A stretch of 64,000 nt of DNA from positions 2,272,001 through 2,336,000 of the forward strand of contig CBDFJQ010000002.1 of assembly GCA_965248575.1 (NCBI GenBank), in the 5' to 3' direction. Positions 38,743 through 48,269 of this stretch are shown one piece after another. The position numbers were made by a program, and so were the translations under genes. This stretch comes from Planctomycetota bacterium (lineage in GTDB: Bacteria > Planctomycetota > B15-G4). The first letter of the stretch is position 1. The number at the start of each line of letters is the position of its first letter. The notes under the pieces were generated by a model. It did no database searches, was not told the origin of the DNA, and saw only the letters and a program-made list of their open reading frames with translations.

Positions 38743-40392
38743 TTAGAGATCTGACTGTGGAAGCGGTTGTGGCGTCACCGGATTGATCACCACCATTCCC
38801 GCGGCGTTCATGATGTTGGATGCATCCTGTGGAGTGACTGCTCCGCTGGGCTTATAAACCTCCAGCGCGTCGGGTGTCCTCACCGGAGCGTTCGCTGCCA
38901 GGAAGCTGAAGTCAAAACCCATAGCCTGGGCCCCGAAGCCATGACACCCCATGCACCCACCCGTCACGAAGGGTTCGTACTGCCCATTCGCATTGGCCAC
39001 ATAGGTGTTGGTGACGCCCGGCTCCGGAAGGTTGTCCGCGTCCCGGCCACCCGTGAAGTACTGCAGCGAACTGTTGGTCTCCGTGACAAAGTTGGCCAGG
39101 AAGTACTCCTGAAACTCGGGACCCTTCGGATTGCCATTGGACGGGGTCTGCGGCACGGCCTTGATGGGAGTCGCCTGGATGCCCGTCAGCTCGTAGTTCG
39201 ACCAGACGCTGCCGGCCAGCTGAGACTGCACGCTGGTGTTGAAGGCCGCGTAGTCACTGGGGATCTCGTGCTGCCGGATGGCGGTCCGGAACCCCGTGGG
39301 ATTGTTGGGGAGGATGTTCATGAAGATGGCCCCATCCTTGACGTTGTCGACGTGCTCGAAAGTCGAGAAGGTGAAGCTCGGAAACGCATCGGTCTTCTGG
39401 ATGATGTGGAGACCGATCAACAGCATCGTGTCGTTCGAGTAGATGAGATCGGTGTCGCTACTCGTGTAGGTGATGGCCGTGGTCGAGTGGTAACGCGTCA
39501 GCGCGTCAGGTCCGTCGACGGTTTCGTCGTAGAACCTCCAGGTTGCCTTGACCTCGATGGAGTTGTCCGGGAAGTCGATGTACGTCGGCGGGTACGCCGG
39601 CGCAGACGCGGGCACATTCGTCGTCAGCAACGTCTTCGTCCGTGCTGCAGCCGCACTGCGAACCGTTGAATCTTGTAGTCCATTGCTCCGGATGTAGTCG
39701 AACTCGACTTGGTTCATCCTCGCTTCATAAGCCAGGGGCGACTTGGCCACCAAGCTCTGATCTGACGAAGTCGCGAAGGGCGTGTAGAACATGTTTGCGA
39801 ACTTGATCTCGTTCCCCTCATCGAGGTTGTTGAACAAGGTCAGACTTGGGCTTCCGGCCCCTGGCTTCAACGTGACGAAGGGTGCGTACCCATAGCCGAC
39901 AGCCGCGTCGAAGGGAGGAAGTTGGTCAGCCCCCGGATTGGCTCCCGGCATGGGCGGCGTGTACTGGGCCGCCTGTTGAACGGCCGCGATGTTGGCTGCG
40001 TAGACCTCCGCCCGATGGCGATAGGTCTCCCAGACGACCGTGCCGCTGCCATCCGCCCCAACGATGTTGCTCGTCGTGTCGGGTTGCCCGCGGAAGAACG
40101 GTGCTTCACCTGCCCCGGGGTTGGCCCGAGGTTTGGCCGGCCAGTTCAGCGCAATGAACTCCTCCCACGCAAAGGTCGCGAGATCGGTGCGCGACGCGCT
40201 CGCCCCGTTGTTCACTTCCGTCGGAGGCGTGGAGCTCAAGGTCACGACGGGCGGCGCTGTCGAGCCGAGCAGAGCCTCGGCGTGGGCAGACGACCCAGCG
40301 CTCGAAGACACATCAGACGTGGAGTGCTGACACGCAGGCCCTATGAGAAGCACACTCAGCAGTGCCGGGCAGATCAACAGGTTGATACGCAA
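38743..40392 (-). CDS. Large secreted/lipoprotein monoheme cytochrome c family protein
   Basis: Probable TTG start at 40392 (AAGGGGG RBS; signal ending GPAC); AWEEFIALNWPA, WETY, EVKATWR, LIGLHIIQKT, TFEHVDN, C-terminal CMGCH...DFSF. Confidence 0.8.
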   Translation of the reverse strand: MRINLLICPALLSVLLIGPACQHSTSDVSSSAGSSAHAEALLGSTAPPVVTLSSTPPTEVNNGASASRTDLATFAWEEFIALNWPAKPRANPGAGEAPFFRGQPDTTSNIVGADGSGTVVWETYRHRAEVYAANIAAVQQAAQYTPPMPGANPGADQLPPFDAAVGYGYAPFVTLKPGAGSPSLTLFNNLDEGNEIKFANMFYTPFATSSDQSLVAKSPLAYEARMNQVEFDYIRSNGLQDSTVRSAAAARTKTLLTTNVPASAPAYPPTYIDFPDNSIEVKATWRFYDETVDGPDALTRYHSTTAITYTSSDTDLIYSNDTMLLIGLHIIQKTDAFPSFTFSTFEHVDNVKDGAIFMNILPNNPTGFRTAIRQHEIPSDYAAFNTSVQSQLAGSVWSNYELTGIQATPIKAVPQTPSNGNPKGPEFQEYFLANFVTETNSSLQYFTGGRDADNLPEPGVTNTYVANANGQYEPFVTGGCMGCHGFGAQAMGFDFSFLAANAPVRTPDALEVYKPSGAVTPQDASNIMNAAGMVVINPVTPQPLPQSDL

Positions 40393-40515
40393 TGGAACCC
40401 CCTTGTCCTGTAGACGGACGACTCCCCGACCAATGCACTGCAGTCGGGTCTTCCCTTTGCTGCTCACGGCGCCAATGGCCCCCAGGCCAGCGCTCGAACG
40501 CAAGCAAGCAGGTTC

Positions 40516-40544
40516 AACATGTGCGTGTCTAGCAGAGCTGTCAA
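40516..40544 (-). promoter_or_regulatory. Possible sigma70-type promoter for the monoheme gene
   Basis: TTGACA-17 bp-CATGTT on the minus strand in the divergent intergenic region. Confidence 0.3.
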
Positions 40545-40694
40545 TACAAATGACCTCTGGATGAAAGCGTGTGAGAGCTGGCGGGTTACAAAACCCTGCA
40601 ATCTCGAATTCGGCAGCTTCGCTCCCGGGTCCGAATCCCATCCGATGGACACATGCTCCTGTCCAGGCAGTCCCAGCCACGAGAGAATCAACGA

Positions 40695-43600
40695 ATGAAC
40701 ACCCGCTCACACGTACTGCTGGGCTCGGCCCTCGCGTTGTTGATTCCCTGCCTCCCCGTCACCGGTGCTGTTGCCTGTACCCTCACCGATCCCGTCGCAG
40801 AAGAAGACACCGCGCAGACGCCGATCAACACACCGCCGAGTTCCATGCCGCTCCAGGATTACGAGCGCGACGTGCTCTATCCCTGGCTGTGGGGCCGGGG
40901 CTACGCCGATGAAGCTCTAGGATGGACCGTGGACTCGGAAGTTCGCGACACCGGCCCCTTCGTGGAAGACACCTACTACGGCACCCACCCCGCCGTGCGC
41001 ATCTACTACTCGCCCGAGGTGCGTTCGTGGATCGATTCCGGCCGGCAAGGCGACCTCCCCGACGGGTCGATCATCGTCAAGGAGATGTTCCTGCCGCCAG
41101 CCGCCATCTACAACGAACTGCAACAGAACTCGTGGTTCCAGCAGTACCCGAACCAGTACCAAGCCCTCGAGAGCCAGCTGCTCACGGCCTGGGCCGTCAT
41201 GATCAAGGACCGCGGCGGCGACACCAAGGACGGCTGGTTCTGGTCGTCACCCGGCAACGCCCCCACGCTCGAGGAGATGCTGGCGCCCAGTTCGGGGAAT
41301 TTGGACGACAACTCCCACGTGTCCACCTCGAACTTCGGGGTCGGCACCTGCATTCGCTGCCACGCCTCGGCTGACGGAGAGAACACCTTCGTCGACAGCA
41401 AGAACTACCTGCTCGATGACTCTCCCCTGCAGTTTCGTGTCGACAATTCCTGGCGCACGAAGGACCACCTCGGTGCGACGTACACGAAGATCAGCGCCTT
41501 TCTCAAGCAGCACGACGTCCCGGCCGACGACACGCAAGCGCTGTTGTTGCAGATGAATCTCCCGGAGCAGCAACGCCCCTGGACCGAGAGTGACGCCCAG
41601 AAGGCTGCGGCCTATGTCAGCGCACACATGCCGCGCCCCATCCCCTTGGTCCCGGCAAAGGACGCCCGGGAGGCCGCGAGGAGGTTGTCCGCCAAGTCGG
41701 CTGTCAACACGGACTTCGTGGCGGGGTTCGCCGACCTGGAAGCCATGGTTCGACAGAACCTGTCCCCCGCCGAATTGCAGGCCCTGAGCTTCCCCTTCCA
41801 ATGGGCGGACCACGTGGTCCCGTCACCGGCCATCGAACATGGAGGAGTCGACAACCCCAGCGAATACATCACCTCCGACAACTGCTACGGCTGCCACGGA
41901 GGCCTGGGCGGTGCGCCCTACGCGAACACGATGTTCGTGCAGACCGGCCCCAAGTCGGGCGACGGCTACAACATCTCGGAATACGGCGAGTGGCGTTGGT
42001 CGCCCATGGGGTTGGCGGGCCGCGACCCCATCTTCCACGCCCAGCTCGAGAGCGAGCTGATCACCCTGCTGCAGGAGAACGGCCAGCTCAACGACGGGCA
42101 ACCGGCGTCCGGCGATGTGCGCGTGACCCAGCAGGCCCTCACCGACACCTGTCTGCGCTGCCACGGCGCCATGGGACTACGGCAGAAGGGCATCAACCAG
42201 GGCGGCGACATCTTGAACCCCGGCTTTGATGCCAACCTCTTCTACATCGAGAAGCCTCTCACTGAAGAGCAGGCTAGAAACCCGGACTTCACGCCCCCTG
42301 CGCACGGCGTGAACCCGCCCTCGGGCCTGACCCCCAAGGAGTTCTACAGCTCACACGACCTGGGAGAGCTCGCGCGCGAGGGCATCAGCTGCGCGATCTG
42401 TCACCGCATCTCCCCGCCGGATCCCGTGGCCGCCAAGGCGTGGGTCGCCGAACACCCCGAGTGGTTCGGGGACGACCCGGTCTGGAGCGACAGCTTCTTC
42501 TTCCTGCTGGGCACGAACACCACGGGCCTCTACACCCGAAACCCGGCGAACGAGCTGTTCGGTCCCTTCGACGACGTGAAAGTGAAGCCCATGGAGAACG
42601 CCCTGGGCATCACTCCTCAGGTCTCACCCTCCATGCACCATGACACACCCTTCACTGCGGACTCGGCCATGTGCGGCACCTGCCACACCATCAACCTGCC
42701 GAACATCGGCTCACCGACTGGTGAGAACCCGATCCTGACCGCCTTGGAGCCCAACCCCCACTTCCAGGGCATCTCCCACAGCATCGAGCAAGCGACCTAC
42801 CTCGAGTGGCTCAACAGCAGCTACGGCCTGGGCAAGGACAACAAGAAGGGGCCCGAGTTCCAGAGCTGCCAGGACTGCCACATGCCCAACAGCTTCGAGA
42901 CCCTCGATGGCTCCGTGAGCATTCCCCAGCTGGCCACACAGATCGCGACCATCCAGGACTCCACCTATCCACAAGCGGAGAACCAGCTCTCTCAGGAAGA
43001 CCTCGACATCGCGACGCGTGCCAACTACCGGCGACACGAGCTGGTCGGGCTCAACGCTTTCTTGATCGAGATGTTCAATCAGTTCCCTGACGTACTCGGC
43101 GTCGCGGGCAGCGACTACGAGACGGGCGCCAGCACCGGCGCCCAACTCGCCATGGACAGCATGCTGTTGTCTGCGCAGCAGGAACGGGTCGCCACCGTCT
43201 TGGTGGAGTCCGTGTCCATCGCTGACAACACCATGAACATCGACGTCACCATCACCAACAAGACCGGCCATCGCTTCCCGAGCGGCGTGACCTTCCGCCG
43301 CGCCTTTGTGGAGCTGTTGGTTTTCGACACAGCCGGCACAGTGATCTGGGGCTCGGGCCGCACCAACGCGGGTGGGCTGCTCGTCGACGCCGACGGAAGA
43401 CCCCTCCGCACCGAGTTCCTGGACCACAAGGCCAACCCCTACGATGTCCTGGCCGAGTACCAACCCAACTACCAGATCATCAAAAGCGAGGTCGAGGTCC
43501 AGATCTACGAGGAGCTCATCACCAACGCGGAGCACGAGTTCACCACCAGCTTCGTGCACCGGGTAGATCACATCAAAGACAACAGGCTGCTCCCGGCCGG

Positions 43601-44048
43601 CGCCGTCAATGCCGCCACCTTCGCGGGCGAGGTCCCCGGCTCTGAGATCGGCGACCAGGGCAAGCTGCTGCTAGAGTTCATGCAGGCCACGGAGGCCGAG
43701 GGCCCGAGTGTGGTCGGGGGCACGGACGCCAACGGCAACAGCTTCCCCGAGGACAAGAACTTCACCGCCAGCCCCAATGCCGGCACGGACCAGATCCGAT
43801 ATGCAATCGCCCTGGAGGACCTCCGGGGCAAGGCCGCCCGGGTCCAGGCGACCCTCTATTCCCAGTCGCTCATGCCCGCGTGGTTCCACCAACGTTTCTC
43901 GCTGGCGAACGCAGCCAAGGAGGCCGGCTATGACACACCGGAAACGGATCGACTCTTCTATCTCTCGAGCCGCCTCGACCTGACAGGCACGCCGCTCGAA
44001 GACTGGAAGATGAAGATCGCTGCAGACTCGGCGACGATCGCACCCTGA
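40695..44048 (+). CDS. Hexaheme cytochrome c: N-terminal cytochrome P460-like domain fused to a pentaheme domain
   Basis: Signal peptide; VRIYYSP, LPDGSIIVKE, AVMIKD, DGWFW, CIRCH (P460/c'-beta-like); then CYGCH, CLRCH, CAICH, CGTCH, CQDCH and NKTGHRFPSG. Confidence 0.85.
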   Translation: MNTRSHVLLGSALALLIPCLPVTGAVACTLTDPVAEEDTAQTPINTPPSSMPLQDYERDVLYPWLWGRGYADEALGWTVDSEVRDTGPFVEDTYYGTHPAVRIYYSPEVRSWIDSGRQGDLPDGSIIVKEMFLPPAAIYNELQQNSWFQQYPNQYQALESQLLTAWAVMIKDRGGDTKDGWFWSSPGNAPTLEEMLAPSSGNLDDNSHVSTSNFGVGTCIRCHASADGENTFVDSKNYLLDDSPLQFRVDNSWRTKDHLGATYTKISAFLKQHDVPADDTQALLLQMNLPEQQRPWTESDAQKAAAYVSAHMPRPIPLVPAKDAREAARRLSAKSAVNTDFVAGFADLEAMVRQNLSPAELQALSFPFQWADHVVPSPAIEHGGVDNPSEYITSDNCYGCHGGLGGAPYANTMFVQTGPKSGDGYNISEYGEWRWSPMGLAGRDPIFHAQLESELITLLQENGQLNDGQPASGDVRVTQQALTDTCLRCHGAMGLRQKGINQGGDILNPGFDANLFYIEKPLTEEQARNPDFTPPAHGVNPPSGLTPKEFYSSHDLGELAREGISCAICHRISPPDPVAAKAWVAEHPEWFGDDPVWSDSFFFLLGTNTTGLYTRNPANELFGPFDDVKVKPMENALGITPQVSPSMHHDTPFTADSAMCGTCHTINLPNIGSPTGENPILTALEPNPHFQGISHSIEQATYLEWLNSSYGLGKDNKKGPEFQSCQDCHMPNSFETLDGSVSIPQLATQIATIQDSTYPQAENQLSQEDLDIATRANYRRHELVGLNAFLIEMFNQFPDVLGVAGSDYETGASTGAQLAMDSMLLSAQQERVATVLVESVSIADNTMNIDVTITNKTGHRFPSGVTFRRAFVELLVFDTAGTVIWGSGRTNAGGLLVDADGRPLRTEFLDHKANPYDVLAEYQPNYQIIKSEVEVQIYEELITNAEHEFTTSFVHRVDHIKDNRLLPAGAVNAATFAGEVPGSEIGDQGKLLLEFMQATEAEGPSVVGGTDANGNSFPEDKNFTASPNAGTDQIRYAIALEDLRGKAARVQATLYSQSLMPAWFHQRFSLANAAKEAGYDTPETDRLFYLSSRLDLTGTPLEDWKMKIAADSATIAP

Positions 44049-44136
44049 CCCGTCGGGCAGGTGGAGAGAGGGGCAGCGAGGGGAGCGGCTCTCGAGCGCG
44101 ACACCCGCACTTGGCACCCGGAGAGAAACACGCCCA

Positions 44137-44958
44137 TCAGACGGAGGCCGAGCGCTTGCTGGAGGCGGCACTTGGCTCCCCGTACACCCACTGCCGGGGT
44201 GTCGTGCCCAGCACCCGCTTGAACATGGCGATGAACGCGCTGGTGCTTTCGTAGCCCACGTCCAGGGCGACTTGGGTTACAGGCTGTCCGGCCGCAAGCC
44301 GTTCCAGCGCGTTCAGCAAGCGCGCGCGCTGACGCCAACGACCGAAGGTGTGCGTCGTCTCGCGCTCGAAGACCCGCTCCAGGGTGCGAACGCTGGCGCC
44401 GCATCCGCGAGCCAGTTGTGCCAAGGGGCTCGACGCCGCGAGGTCCTCCAGGACGCGCTCGGCAACACGCCGGGCGCGAGGGTCCATCGGCATGGCCAGC
44501 TCGAGCGGAGCTTCCCCCGAGCTGGCCAGTTGATCCAGGAGGACGCCAGCAAGTCGCTCGTCCTCGGGAGCCGTCGCCACGAGCATCCGGCGTCGCATGA
44601 CCTCCAACACCAACTCTCGGAGCAGTGCCGAAACAGGCATGACGCTGCAACGCCCGCTCAACGACTCCACCAGATCAGGGCGGAGGTAGAGCGTCTGCAT
44701 GCGCGCCGCCCGGCTTGCATGGACCTCGTGTTCGAAGCCTGGTGGAATCCAGACAGCTCGCAGGGACGGAACCACCCAGTAGCCCTTGCTCGTCTTGACG
44801 CTGAGCACACCCCCGACGGCATAGACCAGTTGGGCCCACGGATGGGCATGGAGCTCGGTTCGGTAGCCCTGGGGCAGCCCAAGTCCCATGGAACGCACCA
44901 GGATGTCGGCCTCAGCCGTCGGGGAGTCGCTCGGAGGCTCATGACGTTTATGCGACAT
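44137..44958 (-). CDS. AraC-family transcriptional regulator (cupin + HTH)
   Basis: HAHPWAQLVY, AVWIPPG..H, SVRTLERVF, VALDVGYESTSAFIAMFKR.LGTTP. Confidence 0.93.
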   Translation of the reverse strand: MSHKRHEPPSDSPTAEADILVRSMGLGLPQGYRTELHAHPWAQLVYAVGGVLSVKTSKGYWVVPSLRAVWIPPGFEHEVHASRAARMQTLYLRPDLVESLSGRCSVMPVSALLRELVLEVMRRRMLVATAPEDERLAGVLLDQLASSGEAPLELAMPMDPRARRVAERVLEDLAASSPLAQLARGCGASVRTLERVFERETTHTFGRWRQRARLLNALERLAAGQPVTQVALDVGYESTSAFIAMFKRVLGTTPRQWVYGEPSAASSKRSASV

Positions 44959-44978
44959 AACTTGTCAGGTTAGCGCAA
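44942..44978 (+). promoter_or_regulatory. Candidate AraC-type tandem operator half-sites
   Basis: TGACGTTTATGCGACA and TGTCAGGTTAGCGCAA 21 bp apart, overlapping the regulator start and upstream of the divergent VOC gene. Confidence 0.35.
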
Positions 44979-45071
44979 GTTCGCCACCCAGGGTGTCCCC
45001 TATTCTCCTGCTCTCCGGGGCCGATCCAGCGGCCCCCTCCATTCAGCTCCTCCAGATTTCGGAGTCCCCGC

Positions 45072-45452
45072 ATGCCCAACCCCATCGCCCACTTTGCAAT
45101 CCACGCTGACGACTGCCAGCGAGCCAAGGCGTTCTACGAGCAGGCCTTCGGTTGGACCTTCGAGCCCTGGGGACCGCCAAACTTCTGGCGCATCCACACC
45201 ACGGCGGACGGAATTCACGGCGCACTCCAGAAACGCCACGAACCCGTCCAAGGCAGCGGCATGATCGGCTTCGAGTGCAGCATCGCCGTGGACGACATCC
45301 ACGCCTCCGTCGCTGCCATCGAAGCCAGCGGCGGCAGCATCACCATGCCTCCCTTCGAGATCGAAAGTGTCGGAACGCTGGCAATGTTCAAGGACACCGA
45401 GGGAAACGTCGTGGGTGCCATGCAATACGTGGCCGGAGCCCAGGACGGATAG
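45072..45452 (+). CDS. VOC/glyoxalase-bleomycin resistance family protein
   Basis: IAHFAIHADD..RAKAFYEQAFGWTF, AVDDI, FKDTEGNVVG. Confidence 0.92.
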   Translation: MPNPIAHFAIHADDCQRAKAFYEQAFGWTFEPWGPPNFWRIHTTADGIHGALQKRHEPVQGSGMIGFECSIAVDDIHASVAAIEASGGSITMPPFEIESVGTLAMFKDTEGNVVGAMQYVAGAQDG

Positions 45453-45596
45453 CGAGCGCGGTGTGTCGTGCCCGTGACCAGTCGCACACGAGGTTCGAAA
45501 GCGGTCAGGATGTGTGCGGCCCAGAGTCCGTCGCGGCGTGCAATCGCCACGTGATCAGCGCCGACACGCGCCAGCCCCTCAAGGAAGCGTCCTCTC

Positions 45597-46604
45597 ATGA
45601 TCCTGACCGCAACGCTGCTCGCGACTTGGCTTCCTTTCGCCACGGCCTCCGACCCGGTTTCGGTACCGGTCGACGACTCTGTCCTGGCGCCGGACACCCA
45701 GGCGCTCGACGAAGGCGCGGCCAAGGACGGCGTTCACCGCGAATGGATTGCGGCGGACGCCGACTGGGTCCTGCGCCTGGATGCACGCGCACTCTTGAGC
45801 TCGACGCTTGCCCCCGCCCTGGACGACCTCTGGGAGTCAGATAACTTCCTCGAGATGCAGGCGGAGTTCGGCATTGACCCTCGCCGCGACCTGGGTGCCG
45901 TGACACTGTATGGCTCGGCGGAAGAGCCGGAGCAGGCCGTGGCCTTGATGGAAGGAGGGGCCCGTCTCGCCGAAGCCTGGGAGCGCGCTTCCGAGCGCTT
46001 GGCTGGTGAAGCCCATCTCTCCACGGTCACGATGGGAAGCATCGCCCTCCAGCGATGGTCCCAGGACAGCGGGGCCTCCGATGCGATGTTCACCTATCTG
46101 GCACAACACTCAGGATCCGATCAACGCCTGCTGATCGTCTCAGGGCACAAGGAAAGCGCAGCCATCGCCGTTGCCGTGCTGCGCGGCGACGTGGACAGCT
46201 TGCTGGATGACTCCAACACCTTGGCCTCGAAGGTCCCCTCCGCCGGCGCATTCTTCTACGCAGCCGTGAACGAGCGCTTTCGCCGCTTTGAAGAACTGGA
46301 CTCCGCCTCGCCTTGGGCACAGATGGTGGAGAACGCCGCGCTGGAGATCGGTGAGTCCGACGGAGACGCGTTCCTCGGTATCACGGTGGGTACCTCCGAT
46401 GTCAACACGGCGCGGCAGCTTGCCGCGACCCTGCTTGGCTTCAGCACCCTGCTGAACACGGCCGCTCAATCCGACGAAATGCTGCGCTCCTTGCTCCCGT
46501 TGTTGGTGCGCCTCAGCGTCCAAAGCGAAGGCACAGACGTGAACGTCCGGGTGGACTACCCCTTGACGGACCTGCTGCAGTTGGCACATGAACTGGACCG
46601 ATAG
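45597..46604 (+). CDS. Hypothetical secreted protein
   Basis: Signal peptide, FGIDPRRDL motif, coding-like codon usage. Confidence 0.7.
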   Translation: MILTATLLATWLPFATASDPVSVPVDDSVLAPDTQALDEGAAKDGVHREWIAADADWVLRLDARALLSSTLAPALDDLWESDNFLEMQAEFGIDPRRDLGAVTLYGSAEEPEQAVALMEGGARLAEAWERASERLAGEAHLSTVTMGSIALQRWSQDSGASDAMFTYLAQHSGSDQRLLIVSGHKESAAIAVAVLRGDVDSLLDDSNTLASKVPSAGAFFYAAVNERFRRFEELDSASPWAQMVENAALEIGESDGDAFLGITVGTSDVNTARQLAATLLGFSTLLNTAAQSDEMLRSLLPLLVRLSVQSEGTDVNVRVDYPLTDLLQLAHELDR

Positions 46605-46678
46605 GACATCTGTGTCCCGACTTCGAGGGGTGCTAACGTGCACACTCCCGCAGCCGCTCGGCAGGACCCTACGCACGC

Positions 46679-48262
46679 ATGCCCTTGAAACGGAATCGCC
46701 AGCAGCAGGCGCCCCGGCTGGAACGCGCCCTGCTCCTGCTGGCCGTCACTCTGGGCAGCAGCCTTTCGACCCTGGCTGTCGTGCGTTGGTTCACACACCG
46801 CATCGCGCTGCTGCTGGTCTGGGGGCCGTGGGCCTGGGTCCTGCTGGCGGGGCTGCTTCTCAGCGCGTTGCTGAGCGCAGTTGCCCTCGCGCATCGGATC
46901 CGCGCTGAGCGGGGTCGCCGCCGTTCGGCCCCAAGCACTCCGCCGTCCTGGTCCGCCGACCTGTTCTCCCTGCTCGTGCTCAGCGCCACGCTCTACGTGG
47001 CCTGCGTCCCGAGCTTCGCCACACTGAGCTTCCAGTTCGGCCTCGGGCTCTGCAGCGGGCTCTTCGCCATCCGCGTCTTGGCCGGGCCAAGACCACTCCC
47101 GCGAGCTGCGAGCCCGCTGCTGTTCAGTGCCTGCTTCCTGCTGGTGCTGGGAGAGGTGGGCCTGCGCGTCTACGGCACGATCTGGCCCACACCGCTGCTC
47201 ACCCCAGCGCAGGGCGACGTCGTAGAACACATCGACGCCCACCGCCTCCCGGCCGGGAGCATGCGTTGGGGTTTCCCCAGCAACTCGAGCGGCCACTACG
47301 ACTCGGAGTTTCTGATTCGCCAGCAGCGCGACGGCCCGACGGTTGTTGCCTTGGGCGACTCCTTCAGCACCGGGGTGGTTCCGCACCCGCTGCACTTCAC
47401 CACCGTCAGCGAGCGTCTGATGGGCTCCGTCCAGGTCTACAACCTCGGGGTAGGAGCCACAGGGCCCGTTCATTACGAGCACCTTCTTCAAACCGAGGTC
47501 CTGCCTCTTGAGCCGGACGCGATCGTCCTGAACCTGTTCGTGGGCAACGACATCACACGCCACCTGGAAGGCAGCCCGGGTGGGCTCCGGGAATGGTTCG
47601 AGCGGGATCATCTGCGGCTCCTGCTCCTGCCCCAACGGCTGATGACCCTGTGGCAAGAAGGGCGCGACGCGGGGGGCGGACCGTCGTCCGACATGCTCTC
47701 GGACATCGCCACCCCCCAGGGGGAGGGACAGGGTGCGGGCGACCGACGTGCTGGTTCGGACAGGAACGGCCAGGAATCGATCGAGAGCCTGAGCACCCAC
47801 TTCCCCTGGCTCAACGACCCTTCGCGCGAGAAACAGACCTTCTCCCGCCAACAGTATCTCGAGGTCGAAGTGCGCCGCGCCCTCCGCGTGTGTGACCGCA
47901 GCATCGAAGGCTATCCGAAACTTCTCTCCGTACTCGACCGCATGGCAACACTCGCCGGCGAGACTCCCTTCGCCATCGCCTTGATCCCCGACGAGTTCCA
48001 GGTCGAGGACTCCCTGTGGAACTCCATCACGGCCCAAAGCTCGCTGGACCTTGACCGGGATCGCCCCCAGCGACTGCTCTTGACGGCCCTGAAACAACGA
48101 GGGATTCCCGTGCTGGATTTGCTGCCCCTCTTGCGCGCAATGCCCGCACAGGCGGATGGGTCTCGGCACCTGTATCACCTGCGGGATACGCACTTCAACG
48201 CGCGCGGGAACCAACTAGCCGGTGAGGCCTATGCAAGTTTTCTACCGACCCTGCTGCGCTGA
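46679..48262 (+). CDS. Multi-TM membrane protein with C-terminal SGNH hydrolase domain
   Basis: About 5 N-terminal TM segments; GDSF, NLGVGATG, GND, DTHF. Confidence 0.8.
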   Translation: MPLKRNRQQQAPRLERALLLLAVTLGSSLSTLAVVRWFTHRIALLLVWGPWAWVLLAGLLLSALLSAVALAHRIRAERGRRRSAPSTPPSWSADLFSLLVLSATLYVACVPSFATLSFQFGLGLCSGLFAIRVLAGPRPLPRAASPLLFSACFLLVLGEVGLRVYGTIWPTPLLTPAQGDVVEHIDAHRLPAGSMRWGFPSNSSGHYDSEFLIRQQRDGPTVVALGDSFSTGVVPHPLHFTTVSERLMGSVQVYNLGVGATGPVHYEHLLQTEVLPLEPDAIVLNLFVGNDITRHLEGSPGGLREWFERDHLRLLLLPQRLMTLWQEGRDAGGGPSSDMLSDIATPQGEGQGAGDRRAGSDRNGQESIESLSTHFPWLNDPSREKQTFSRQQYLEVEVRRALRVCDRSIEGYPKLLSVLDRMATLAGETPFAIALIPDEFQVEDSLWNSITAQSSLDLDRDRPQRLLLTALKQRGIPVLDLLPLLRAMPAQADGSRHLYHLRDTHFNARGNQLAGEAYASFLPTLLR

Positions 48263-48269
48263 TCGACCT

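Noticed and set aside
40393..40710. N-terminal extension of the 655-aa ORF overlapping the divergent gene
   Set aside because: Not protein-like; a TTG with RBS and signal peptide at 40392 is a better start.
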